Assembly: GCA_051294905.1 (NCBI GenBank)
Contig: CM119372.1
Span: 19,718,001 to 19,782,000, forward strand
Direction: 5' to 3'
DNA from: Botryllus schlosseri
Lineage: Eukaryota
Length of the DNA stretch: 64,000 nucleotides
Made by a program: the position numbers and the translations under genes. Below the pieces are notes generated by a model. It was not told the origin of the DNA, did no database searches, and saw only the letters and a program-made list of their open reading frames with translations. Positions 1 to 14,400 of this stretch are shown piece by piece. The number at the start of each line of letters is the position of its first letter. Within the stretch, counting starts at the first letter, position 1.

Positions 1-561
1 GGTTTGGGGAGCGTCAGTTACGGTCCTGAGTAAATCTTACGCAATGTTCATGCCACGCGGAGAAGACTATTCATTAGTTTCTCGCAGATTAACTTCGAGC
101 TAGTCCATTGTTATTTATAACTTTGTTACATCAAGTTATTTCGCCATCCCCAGAAAATGATGCGCTATTGAAATGATATCAGTATCGCTCACGCGTACGC
201 GACCATACTAAAAGAAAAATATCTTTCGTGAGGCGCACGTGATTGCAAATTCTCATTTCTTCACGGAGTGCAGTATTTACCTATGCGGGCCGCACGTGTA
301 CCTCGGTTTCAGACTTCAGTGGTAAGACTATTCGCCGCTGGTAATGTTTCCTCTAATTTTTCATGAGTCTGCGCGCCTGCTTGGTCCCTTGGACAACTGT
401 GCGCAACGATTAAAAACGCATCACTTCGGATTTTTTGTGCGCAGCTCGGATTTTCTGTGCGCAGAGACTGTTTCAGCACACGCATTTGCGCACGTGCGCT
501 GCTTAGAGGGAACATTGCTCATTTGGCAAGGACATGATTATTCGGCGCTTGGACCCATAAC

Positions 562-1412
562 TGGGGCAAGTTTTTGCAACTTTTGCAACTTCTTTTACAG
601 CTTCCGACAGCTTCGTAGATATTCAGAATTTAGGTACTATGATGTTTTAAGCGGTTTCGAGGGATTTCATATTCAACTTTTTGCAACTTTTCTCTATTTT
701 TCATAGCCAATTTTTACTGCAACTTTTATCAAATATTGCTTAAATATGTAAAGGGGCGATTTAAAAACATGCTATCAGCTATTTCTAGTATGGTTCTACT
801 CTCTTCGATTTGCATAACAAAGATCTATACGATGGGCTAGCTGCATCTCACTGTTATCAATGAAACAATGGAGGAAAGTTCAACTCGCCTTGCCAAGCAC
901 GACGTTGCCCGAATAATATGTAAATAGATCGCTTTATTAATTCTATATCGTTTGAATTTGCAATGGTTTCCCATTTCACGAAAATTACATTTTCACTGGG
1001 TCCCCTTTTTCAGGCTATTGATTTTGTTAAAGTTGCCAAGAGTGAGTTTTTCTGTAATGCCTTGGGTTAAGTTTGCAGACCCAGGGGTTTGGGTTGTGTT
1101 ATTCTACTTGTTTTAGGGGGAGGTGGATATCGCTGTGCCGTTTGGCTTTTGGGTGGGAAATTATTCCCGCATCGCATGATTTTCTTGCTGTGTGTCGGAC
1201 AAAAATGTAATTTTGGGCGGTTTTGTCAGACCGTTAAAGGGCGAAGTAACAAATTTGGCAGCTCTGCAGGAACTAGGTTATACAACGGAACCTTTCGAGT
1301 ATTTCATACCCCAATAATTCAACAAAAATTATAAATGCAACCCTTTACTGCAACTTTTGTTAAAATTGCATGCAACTTTCTCTCGATTTTAGTGCAACAA
1401 AAACTTGCCCTA
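562..1412. mobile_element. hAT-like MITE, family A
   Basis: TIR TGGGGCAAGTTTTTG / CAAAAACTTGCCCTA; 8-bp TSD CCCATAAC/CTCATAAC. A second copy is at 39923-40794. Confidence 0.85.
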
Positions 1413-2464
1413 CTCATAACTATCGAGGATTTCGGCTAATACGCTAAATATTGTAGCCATATACCACGATCTACGAAAATGTCACCGGCTCTTGGCTACG
1501 CCAATGCGGCGGAACTGATATTTTAGACATCAAAATCCGAAATCAGATTGTGGTTATTTCATTTTGGTAATTTATTTTTTATGATAGAACTAATTTCGCG
1601 AATTACCCCGCGGGCCAACCAAAACCTTCTCGCGGGTCACATGTGGCCCATGGGCCACGGGTTGACCGGCCCTGAACTACGTTGACCCTTATGGCCGTTT
1701 TCGGTCGATCCAATTCATAGACACGATCGAGGCCTACGATACTTATATCGTAGGCCCCGGCACGATACACGAAAAGTCAGTCACAACTTTGTAAAAATTT
1801 CCGGACAGACACAATCAAGGAATAAAATTTAATGGTAATATTCTTTCCAGAATCCTAGTACTTTTTTACGGTGCATTAAGCACACCAAACTTCGTTCTCG
1901 TTGTACCTACAACATGCGTTCAGGACCTACTATTCAATAGACCTTTATGGCTAATGATTCTGTTCGTTGCCTGGTTAAAAAACTCATTGCCTGGTTAAAA
2001 AACTGATAACATTGATCAACTGAACATCTACGAATGCCGTTGGTGACTATTTCCGATAGAATGCGCAATGTCAAGTCAACGTTACCACCTTTACCACGTA
2101 TTCATACATCGGTTCGTTTTACTGGAGCTATTAATTTACGTATTTTCCAAACATATTCCCTTAGTTCAAAACGCCCCCTTTTACTCTTAGCGCACCCCTT
2201 TTCCCTCCACGTCCCCCTTTGTCTCAACACTCCCAATCGCCCACATCTTGCGCCCCCACTTTGTGAGCCACTACTGTAGTCAGACACTATCTATATTATT
2301 ATTAGTAAAGTATGTAAAGTTGAAAACATTGCGCATTGACGAGGCTATAAAAGTACTAGAATTTTCAAGAGGGCGCACTGTCGTCCGAAGTCGCAACACA
2401 ATCAGTGTAAACGGCCTTCTTAGCTTTAAGGATTTCCTGTGGTGATCTTCATCTATTCGAGCAG

Positions 2465-5400
2465 CACTGCGGGGGAGTGAACGACAGCGAATGCCCTACC
2501 AGCATGAAAATATCCGACGCTTGGCGGGTGGGATATTCTGGCAAGGGTGTCGTGGTTACTATCCTGGACGACGGTATCGAAAAGAGCCATCCCGACTTGA
2601 AACATAATTACGTGAGAATAAGACCGACGACACTATCTCGCCGCTTCAATCGACGGATGACATTTTCCTCGTTTCCAGGATCCTCGCGCTTCCCGTGACA
2701 TCAACGGCGACGACGATGACCCGACTCCGAGATACGACATCTCCAATGAGAACAAACACGGCACGAGGTGTGCCGGCGTGGTAGCTGCCGTTTCTGGAAA
2801 TAACATCTGCAGTGTCGGGACTGCTTACGAGGCAAAGATAGGCGGTAAATACTCTTGTTCTTTCACGGTATACATTCGCTGGCGACAGACACTCAAACCG
2901 TTCAAAATGTAATCAGGCATTCGCATGCTTGATGGCGAAGTCACTGATGCCGTCGAAGCCACCTCGCTGGGTTATCACCGTGATCACATCGATGTATACA
3001 GTGCATCGTGGGGACCGGACGATGACGGAAACACTGTTGAAGGTCATTAGTCTGAATTAACTGAGATTTCCAAGATTTACCGCCGTCGATTATTGACATA
3101 GGCCCGGGCGAGCTTGCCAAAGCAGCCTTCGAAGAAGGGGCGAGACTAGGGCGTGGCGGCAAAGGATCAATATTTGTATGGGCCTCCGGTAACGGCGGTC
3201 ATAACAAGGACTCGTGTGCATGCGATGGCTATATCAACAGTATATATACAATCGCAATCAGCAGGTAAATATTTCGTTGGTGGCGACCCTTGAATTGCAT
3301 TCATTTATCCCGATGTGTCGGCGTTCCATTAAGACCGGTATCTTTGAAGATAGCAAACATATTTCCCGCCGCGTCCTGCGTGTTAGTTTTCACCCGTAGC
3401 CATTCATATGCGTATGCCTCAAGTTGTGTTTAAACTAAAGCGCGATTTTCATCCCCTGGCGACATCAGTAATATTGTAATCGAAGAGGAAATCTGTTACA
3501 TTTAAGCAGCTAGTTAAATACAGCCCTATATTAATGTTACCTAGTCTCTTTTCCGACACATTGAAATAACTGGTCATAAGTAGAGCTGGGAAGAACGACT
3601 ACCCGGGTGATAACGCAACCAATGAAGCGAAAAAGAGACAGTTTGTATTGAGTGAAAATTATATTCAAAAATAAAATACAGGTTGCAGCGATACGATCCT
3701 TAGGGATCATCTATCAGCTGCATCGATGGAGTACAAAATCGTCTTTTGATAGACTCTCGCGTCAAGAATAAATTAAAAATAGGTAGGACAGTGGTAAGTG
3801 GGAACAATAACATAGTAATAGGCAACAATAATAATGAAGTAACGAATGAATGAAATACGATGAAAACAAAAGATAAATGGAAGATGAATAAATGTACAGA
3901 GTTGTCAGTTCAAATTCAAGAGAAAAATAAACAATTTGGCAACGTAAGATTATCAGATCCAATAAACGGCAATTACAATGCAAATCTAACTAACTTCAAT
4001 ATGACATATGTGAATGAGATTGAAACAGACATTTCCTTCATGGCTAATGGAATGTCATTCCATATTTTTGTTTTTTGATATATGATTGATCTGCGGCACT
4101 TACTATCCGTGACACGAGAAACTAACAATTTTGTAGAAGTCGAAGACCGAGTACGGCGTATACCGCTGTACGATTCCAAAGGGTGGAATTAGCCTCGGCT
4201 GATTTCTCATGCACCAGCGATATCAAAAAAATAATCACTACGGCACATTGGGAATATATATCATGATCGATTTTGCAAATCCGGTCATACGCAAAATGAC
4301 CTGTTTATGGATAACATTACCGATAATGCGTGAAAGTGAACTGTGAAGCCGTCACTGTTCAATTCAGTTAGGTCTGCCGTACATGGTGATTAGTGATTAT
4401 GTCGTGTGAAAATATTTCTTGAATACAAGTGTATACACCAAATATATTTCTTGAAAACAAAAATAGCGTAACGGTCGAGCATTCTATCCCGTGTCTACAT
4501 ATGAACCAAATATTATAATTTGTATGTTATTTTCAAACATAGGAAGTTGTGAATAAAAATATTGAGAAAATAATAAAAAGATGCCCTGAACAAGGGCCTT
4601 GATTTTAAACATTTATGTTCTGATGCATTGTCATTTTCAACAAAACCCGGCCTACATATACCATCATTGTTTTCGGAATTCCAGTGCGCATCTCGCTAGC
4701 GACGAAGCTTTCCGTATAGGGACGTCAGCGTCATAAGTTCTTGGAAATCAACATGTAGGCCTATATATTCGCACCCGTGGAAATGTAAAGGTTAAGTGAT
4801 AACACATAACACGTGCTCTTGTTTCAAAGTGTTTCCCAGAATGGGCATCGGCCTTGGTATTTGGAAAGCTGCGCGTCGACCTTGGCAACGACCTACAGCA
4901 GTGGCGAAATAAACGAAGGGAAGATTGTAAGTCGTTTTCGCGTACTGCACTACTGGTTATTCGCGATGATTGAAGGCTTGGCAGATTGCTATGGAATCTT
5001 AATTGCCCACGTCTGTTTGGGTCGCTCATCTCGCAACGTTGTGTCCTTTCAGATACAAACCTTTGCGTGATAGATAACAGTGCCACACAGTGCTTTCAAT
5101 ATGTCCAATGTCCATTACACTTACGTCCAGATAACCACTGATCTTCGCGGGCAATGCACATATCAACATACCGGCACTTCCGCCTCAGCCCCGATGGCTG
5201 CAGGAGTGATTGCGCTGATGCTAGAAGCCAATGAGCATTTGACATGGCGCGATGTGCAGCATATCATCGTGAGGACATCAAATCCAAACGGCCTGCAAGC
5301 TGGTGACTGGGTCAGCAACGGCGCTGGTTTCAACGTATCTCATGTTTTTGGATTTGGCCTGATGGATGCATTGTTGCTTACTCACGTGTCGCGTACCTGG

Positions 5401-8400
5401 ACAACCGTGCCGGAACAGACGCGGTGCGAAAATCCAATTGATTCAACCAGAAGGTATAACAATTGCATACGCTGATGCCGCGTGATATATACGGTAACCT
5501 GTGCCTTCGCGTGGTATTCACAGAACAATTACAACAACTAGTTTTGGAGTCGAGTTGAATAGTCAAGGATGTCATGGAACTGCGAACGAAGTCAACCACT
5601 TGGAACACGTCATTCTTAGAATGACCTTGCGTCACGTATCGAGGGGTTCATTACGGATATTCCTGAGGTCTCCGCATGGCACAGTTTCGAACATTCTCGA
5701 GAGAAGGTGAGCCCGTGTAGATATCAGATGTTGTTATGGTCCACTCTATACTCTATAGCCTGCCGGGCCATGTATTTTCGAAAGGTCTTATTCCGTTGTC
5801 TCGTAAATATGTTATACGGTATATGTTTCGTTGTATATATACTTATTAGAAATCACCGGAATCATGAAGCACTCGGACTGACTCGAAGAGCCGTCGCCCG
5901 CATTATCAGTAGGGCGATTTTTTGACCTGAAAAACGGAAGATTTTGCCCTAAAAATGAAAATTTTGGCATTTTGTGATGTTCAAACAACTTATGTTGACA
6001 AAATTTTGCCCCCGTGTATGTAAATTCGGCATTTTCGTACATAATGTTAGAATTGTACTACTTATCTTAATTTGTGGTTGGAACTGTCTGTCCTTGCGAA
6101 GTAGTTTGGCTGGAAAAAAATTTTTGACTTAAAAACTGACAGATTTTTACAAAAAAAAAAATTATATTAACGAAATCTGTAGCTACATTATGCATTATGG
6201 TGAAAAATATTTAAAATTTGTTGTTGTACAACGAAAGATGCTTTCCTACACGAGCAGACATTGGGCCGTCTAGAACGGTAGGCCTATACAGTATAAGCTA
6301 CATGTCAAATGTCAAATGATAAGTTCACCGACAGCGCAAACATCTACGATACAAACAAAATGCAGGTTACAAAAGAATTTGGACTTCATAAACAATTTTG
6401 ACAACACAACGCTACCATTTTGACAAAATTTGGACTTTTTTTGCAATGTCAAAAAAAAATCGCCCCAGTCATAATGGATCGGCGTGACTGTGGACGACTT
6501 CTCTATGAAAACAACCGCGTGTGTTACCATGCTAACTCACACCGGTGAAGTTTTAATAAGGTCGATCCCCGATTACTTGCGAGGTAGCCATAAAATTCCG
6601 GAGTTTTCCAATTTCCAATTATTAATTATTAATTATAAATAAATTCGATTTGAAATGACGGTAGCGGTTGATACGGTCAAATAAACAAAATTGGACATAT
6701 ATATTCTCATTATTCTTGGGCAATGTAGTAGGCGTCGTGTCGTGTCAAATCAATTTTGCTTTATTTTGCTGTCCACGTAAAAATGACGGTTGTATCATAA
6801 CTATACTGACTATCGACGTTCGAAACCTGGTACTTATGTAGGGCCTTCTGCAATTACCAGGACATGGCGGGCAATGATCGCTCACAGTCGCTAATATATC
6901 AATGTTGCTCACGGATTTTATAGTGTATGACTTGTGAAGGTATCATATAAGGTTTTGCGTATAACAATGAACATGAATATTGAATAATTGTAAATGTTCC
7001 AATTGCAAATGTTCAAAATTTCCGTGTAGACTTGAAACGGAAGAAATATCGTAGACTACGATGGTGCCGATGTACTTTGATCAAGATATATGTTCAGTAT
7101 TGAATATATTGTTCTTTTCTCATTTTTGGGAAGCGCTCGATGATGCCAATCGTACCCTCCGTTACAGATCTCTCGACAAGTCTAGGGAGGGGTTCGAAAA
7201 TTGGGATTTCATGACCACCCATCACTGGGGCGAGAGCCCACTAGGACTTTGGCGCTTGAAAATCGAAGATCACCCCTACCGACCGAAATATCGACATCTG
7301 TAAGTACACCTTCTTTGCACCCCCATACGCGCACCCGCACAACCTCACATCCCTTTGCAGTGGCCGGGATGTGTCCGCCAGTAATTTTCTCGTGAGTTGG
7401 CAGCTGATATTCTACGGGACGCTTGACCACCCGCAGCCCAACTTTTCGCTCGACGCCTGCGATGGTGAGAGAACAATTTTTGTTTATATGTTTGCGCGTA
7501 GCAAATGATTTCTTTGCGTTCGCAGCTTACCCGCAAAATCAGTGTCATGCCGAGTGCGACGGGTGCTGCGGTGCCACCGCTATGGAATGTAAATCCTGTA
7601 AGCACGCCTCGACAGCAACAGGTGTTTGCATCGCATCGTGTCCGTCGGGTTATTTTCCGAACGGGACAACAAGGATATGTCAAGTATGAGATTGAAAGTG
7701 CATTGGGTTACAGTGTTTTAGTAAATTATGACCGTTATTTATTCCGATTCGTGTTAAGACTACTCGCGAGTACGCTGGTATTATTGAAGGGCGATAACTA
7801 AGGCGAAACGCTATGTTATCGGCACAATGTGAATTTGAATTTGGAATGAAAAACTAACTTGTTGGGACGATTCTGTTTTATGTTGAGTCTACGGTATTTG
7901 CAAAACGTTACTAGGATTTTGAAGTGACATTTCTAATATTATTACGACTTCGAAATGGTGCCGGATTGTGCATTCTGATCCCTTTTGATTTTGATGCGAA
8001 GCTGACATCCGTATGAGTTACTGTACATAATAATTTGAAAGTATCAAACATCATTCCTTTTTGAAGTAATCACGTGTTAATTATATCTCAGCAAGAAGGT
8101 CTATAGCTCTAGAATAGTGTAAGCAGTGATTGTGGTAGAGATGTCTTCCGCTCAATATTGTCCTGTTCCAATAATTTTGCATTCTGCATCTGTGTGTAAA
8201 TGTTCTAAACGCAGTCCGTGCTTTTTCGTCATGTCTCGCTCAGTGTCTTGTGTTTTGAGTGGATAGATCCTAACACAGAGGTTCTGAAACTATAGTTTCC
8301 CTCGGGGCACCCTCCAAAAGGTATAAATAGTTCCTTGGCATCCTAGCACTTCTAGTATCCCGAGTGCGAGTAGTGGGAGACTGATTTGGCCAAGAGGACT

Positions 8401-11400
8401 AAAGGTCATAATGCTCAGCCCTATAGATGCTGATGCTAGCGACAAAATAGTTCTTCACTTTCGACCCAGCCTTAATCACGGCCTCATGGCCAGTTGAAGT
8501 GTATTTCTTGATGCGATTTCTAGTCATCAGCTTCCCATATGCTAGTCAGTATTTTAATGTAACTAATATATTGTTATGTCGATGGCACCCCTCAATATGC
8601 CATTTTCTAGCGGTACTCTGGCTGAGAACCATTATCTTAACGTAATCGGAGCGCCAACAGCCCATGCGGTCCATGATTCGGTGCAACTATAATTAAAATC
8701 TAGCGTTTAAGCAGGCGGATGTTTGATAGAGAGTAATATCCAGCTGCAGAAACTCGGATTTGTACTAATATTTGTAGGCCTACCCGCCATTTGTATACTG
8801 CTGATTCACTATAACTGCATAATCGTCCCTGACGGACACACATATATACCTCTCTCTATATATAAACCAGCTCTGCTCGGAGACGTGCAAGGAATGCTCG
8901 GGGCCTTACGCACAGAACTGCACTGCTTGCAACATCGGTTTCTCACCAGTCAACGGGCGCTGCATCCAGCAATGCTCCAGAGACTCGTTTCTGGACAACG
9001 GTTGAGAGAATTATCTTTTATCGAAGCCCCGAACCTTCCATTGACATTGTGATTCTAATTCAGTGACACAGCGATGCATGTCGTGCCACCAGAGCTGCAA
9101 GACGTGCTCGGGCAGTCGTGAAAGCTGTACATCATGCAAGGCCGGATTCCAGTGAGATTTGTCGCAGATTTTTGGTGAGACTTGGCAACCGCAATTTTCT
9201 TTTCTGTCACAGGCAAGTCGGGAATACGTGTCACGCGGCATGTCCGCAAGGGACATACATCGCGTCGTATCAGACTGGCTGCGCCTTTTGTCATCGCCAT
9301 TGCCTGGAATGCATAGGACCCCTCGAGGCGCAGTGTACGAGATGTGAAAACGGGATGATCCTGCACAGGAAGCGATGTGTAAGAACTTGCCCACGTCGTT
9401 CCTATCACGATACGGATCGACAAACATGTCGCACGTGAGTTGCTAGTATTATAAATTCCCCCCTTTTACCAGAAATTACGACACGGATATAATCTCTTTA
9501 CCGTATGCCTACGATCGAATTTCCTGTACACGTATAATACGTACACGTTTATAAAGCGATATGCAAGACTTCGTCCGTGGTTTCATTAGCGTCATACAGT
9601 GTTGGGATGACTCGAGTCGACTTTTTTGTATGACTTGACTTGACTCGAGTAACTTTGCAAAAATGACTTGACTTGACTCGGCACTTCAAAAATGCGGATT
9701 GACTCGTGACTCGGTCAAAATTTACGAGTCAAATTCAAGTCATCAAGTAAACGGTGTCGGTTAAATCACTGTATTTTTTGTATGTTCGTATTGTTCACGA
9801 TACGACTGGGTCGCATTGTGAGAGAAACCGCTAACCTAACTAACCATTAACCAGTTATTCACTGATTGGATGTTTCACTGATGATCCTCTATTGTTACAT
9901 CACAAATGAATTGAGCACAAACGAAATGATCACAGCTTACGTTGTCGTAGACGTAGTAGCAGTAGATTAATATAATAGCCAATAGCAACGTATCTGAGTT
10001 TCTCAGACGGCTTTGCGCAATGATCACCTTTATCAACCCTCTTGTATGATTAAAATCTAGCGAATATAGTTTTTGCGTTAATATTCTCCCGGATGTGTAT
10101 GGGTAGTGTATTGTATCATATCAATTTTTTTCAACTTCTCTACGCTTCGTATTCGATCCTCTTGGCTGATAATAACAGACTGTATCATGTAGCTATATAC
10201 AGTCACGTGCTTTATTTGCAACGTCTTCTTGCATGCATATTCAGCTATATATTCAGTATTTGATTCAAGATAAATGGCTAATTATTCTAACTTTAACACA
10301 GCTAGCAAAATGTAATGACTTTAAATCGTCACTGATACTTCGGAAATTCAGTTGGACTTGGCTCGTGACTTGATTTGACTTGAGTCACCTCAAAAAAACG
10401 CGTGACTTGACTTGACTCGAGTCACTTTCGAAAGGTAGTGACTTGATCCCAACACTGGATACTGACGCCATAAAGCGAAGGCGCAGTGTCACCTAGTTTC
10501 TCGTGTTATGCTTTTTCGACGGTGTGTGGGAGTGGTGAAACTGTTGATTCTCTTGGCACTAGGTCTATAACGGGAGTGCAAAGTGTATTAAAATGCCTAT
10601 TCTATAACAAAGGAAAGAAACTAGGTCAGGGATGTCAAACAGACGGCCCGCGGGTCGCATCCGGCCCACCATACGATTTCATCAGGCCCGCGAAGTAGAT
10701 TGAGAAATGCTTGTTGTATTATCCAGCATATTTCTAACTAATGTTGAGAAATACTTGCATTAAATAGTTCCTCAAGACAGAAAATGTCGAATGCGTTCAT
10801 AGGCCATAAGGTCAGCCGTTTTGACGCGTCATCGCCCCCCTATCGCCCCTTTCGCTATTTTCGCCCCCCCCCCATCGCCCCTTTGTCCATTTTCGCCCCC
10901 CTGTCGCCCCCTTCGTCATTTCCGCCCCCCTAGACCGCCAAATCGCCCCCTGGGGGGCGATATCGCCCACGTTGGGAACCACTGAGCTAGTCGATGACAT
11001 TGACACCTGATTCAAAGAAGGCAAAAAAGTAAACACTAAGTTCAGAAAATTGGAATATGGTTACATTCAGAATATAATAGTTATACAAAGAATACAATTC
11101 CAATAGGCCTATCATCTGTGGCCTCCAGAGAAATCAGAATTATGATTTAGTGATAATGAACAAAAAGTTCGCATTCCTGACAACGCTTGGGCTATCGCGA
11201 CATTACGACTAAAACAAAGAGGGCGTAGAAATTAGTGCGGAGCGGATCAGCAAATTATTTGGTCGTACTCCAATCCTGTTTTTTAAAGTTCTGGTCCGAC
11301 TCCTTGGTCGGATTCCAAAAATGACCGTGATCCGGCCCGAAAACTCCGATATTAATTTTTTACTCATAGGATGGTATTGAATATTGATTGAAACATAATG

Positions 11401-14400
11401 CAAACAGGACTGGTGTCGTTAGTTTATTAGTAGTACCCGTTTCTGCCTTAGCTGTGACAGCAGTAAAATCGGAGATGGCCAAGGTTTTCAGCGTTGATGC
11501 TCAAGTGGACGTATGAAAAAACGCTGTTACATTCTGCTGAAATATAAGCAGAAATACCGATTTCCATGACATGTCAAAATCCCTTCAAGCGGAACGAGAA
11601 ATGAAGGTAATAAAGTACGTGCGGGTATCTAGTTACAAAAAGATGATTTGATCGATGGGTGGCATATATTTATCCGTTGATCGGCTACTTAAAAATTGTG
11701 ATATTTATGGATATTCGCGACTAACGCCAAATGACTATAATGACACTACCAATAGTTACAATATTATTGTGATCCAGGTGATATACAGCGCAGTTCTTAC
11801 GACAATTTTGCCAAAAAAAGTGATCCAATCATATCCCAAACTACCATCTACTTTAAAAAATCCAAAGATTACAAATAAATTTATTTTACCGAAAGAAGTA
11901 TATATTCAAGTAGCCTAAAAACAGAGCCAAATGATCAAAGATCAAATCAAAGACCAAACCCAACCCTTATCTGAAGCAATTATGCCAACTGGGACTTAGC
12001 ATGTGGTCTATTTCCATGCACGTTTCACTTTACCTATTGATTCGAGGGTGGATGAGGGTAAGGCTGTCATATTCGTAGTAAAAAGGTACTGATCCGGCTC
12101 CGATCTGACTCCGGCCGTATCAGAAAAAGTACTGATCCGTCTCCGAACCAGCTCCGGCCAAAAATGAGAAAATCCGGCCAGATATCCAATCCGGCTCCGG
12201 TCCACGCTCCGCCCTAATAGAAATATGCCTCATTTCATCGTTAGGGCCACTGTTTTAGCGGTTTGCATTCAACCGGCCAATCAACGTATTCTGCCATAAA
12301 TTGCGAATAAGAACGTTGCAAATACAGAGCCGTTATGATCCGCATATGATGTAATATAATATTGTATATGTAGGTTTGATAATAAAGTATTCAAGTGCAA
12401 AAGAATCACTCGAATGGTCCAGGCCGCGAACGATCAAATAGTTTGAATCGCACGTATTGTGGTATAGTCATCAACAGGACCGTAATTGCCGCACCCAAAC
12501 CCCCCAATTGGGGGGGGGCTGAGCTCGAAGGGGGCCAAAAATTATTTCGCGAATTAGCATAAATTATAGAGTATTTTTTCAAAATTTATGCAACTTTTGC
12601 AAATATTTTTCCCGCTGCGCGCGATTTAAAGTTGCCAAATATCTTCATTTTTGGGTACGCTTGCACCGAGAAAAAATGCGCAAGATTTATAGAAATGGGC
12701 ATATCGGCGTTGGCCATTACCACGCCACGATGCACCAAGACGTATAAAGTTTTAGGCCATGTAACATGCGACTCGAAGAAGTGTGTCAGAGCGATCGGCA
12801 GCTAGAAAACCTGAGCCGAAAAGGACTGCCCGTATGCTGACCGAACACTTCGTTATATATCCAAAATACGTCTAGGTGCCTGTCCATAGGCGCCTAAATG
12901 ACTGGCGCCGAATGTTCCTGTGTTGGCAATCTGAACCTCACAAGACAAATACCATCCCGCAGGGAAAAATTATATGCCAGTGAAGAAATACCAATTTGAA
13001 ATCGTGTGCGTCTTTTAGTTTAGTAGCCTTGCGTTTGGGCGATTCTATTTTGATACAGCAGACAAGAGGCAAATCTGATTATGTGAGCAGAGAGGACAGG
13101 AAATTGATAGCAATATATATGCAATTCTTGATCTTATTGACCGATTTTATCATGAATGATCGAAAATTATCGCGCATCGCGCTGGCTCGGTGAATAGTAC
13201 GACTAATTTCGTGGCAAAAGCGAACAATGTGATTGGGGGTAGGTTTATCACGCTATGGAAGCGCAAGACCCAAGTTTATTTTGGGGGGCCTGACGAAGTG
13301 CTGTTTCGTTCCTGCCAACGGGTATACGCCCAAAGATGTCTATTAATTATTTATTGAGGAGTCCTACCTTTTCAAACACACCTCACTCGGCTCTACCTGT
13401 AAATCTGATTACGTGAGCAGAGAGAGGATAAAAATTGATGGCAATATATATGCAATTCCCGATCATATTGACCGATTCAGTCATGAATTATAGAAATTTT
13501 GCGCGCTTGGCGCGCTCAGGCGGGAAAAGCTGACTCAGTAAACGTCTCCCAATGCAGACAATAAGTAGCGATGAACAGGGTATAGCCGGATGGGGGTCTG
13601 GGGGGCTTCGCCCCCCCGAAGTTGACTTCATCATCATATGGGGGGCCCAAGACCGACGTTTTTTTTTGGGGGGGGGCTGACGAAGTGCTATTACGGCCCT
13701 GGTCATCAACATCTAAGATGTAGCAGGTTGATTGAAGGGCAATGAAGGCCGATAAGTTACATGCATATTGCATATCTCCAAAGAAACGTTGTCGATATCC
13801 TAATAACAATTGACAATCCAAAATGAGACTAATCGAATCAAACACCACCACCGGCAATGCGGTAACTCGATACCAGATTCTCGTCACTGGTAGGCTACAT
13901 TAACCAGAGCTGGGTGGAGATCTGGCTTACCAGTACGCAGTGCTTACGGCCTTACGCCTACCAGATTAATCTCAAGGATATCAACTCACACGTGTTATGA
14001 TTTCACTTTTCCATACGCATCAGTTGAAAGCGTGAAGTCGATTCCACTCTTATCCACCCGCAGGTGTCACAGGACTTGTAAAACTTGCGATGGTCCGTCT
14101 TCAACCGACTGCTTGAGTTGTGATAATGACCACGAATTGCGCGACGGTGAATGTCGCAGGCCATGTCGTGACGGTAAGAGTGATTTTATTCATCAAGCTT
14201 GTATCGACTAATATTATGAATGCATCCACTAATAATACTTTGAGCCTGTCTCCGGCAAATATTTAGAGAATTATCATCTAACGGTAAAATTCCAGACTAA
14301 TATATGAACTACCGTAATTTTCCGAATATAGTGCGCCCCCATGTACAATACGCACCCTTAAAATGACGTGTATATTCTGGGAAAAAGCCTGTACCCATGT

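Noticed and set aside
1968..2003. Short tandem duplication TTGCCTGGTTAAAAAACT x2
   Set aside because: An ordinary local slippage duplication in an intron.
9011..9427. Antisense ORFs over convertase exons (also 31172-31597, 46813-47184)
   Set aside because: These are shadow frames of coding exons with no recognisable motifs.
9601..10450. CRISPR-like or satellite arrays (GACTTGACTC, CGCCCCC at 10830-10970, GTGCGAATG at 42090-42170)
   Set aside because: These are irregular short motifs confined to MITE subterminal regions, with no repeat-spacer periodicity, in a eukaryotic context.
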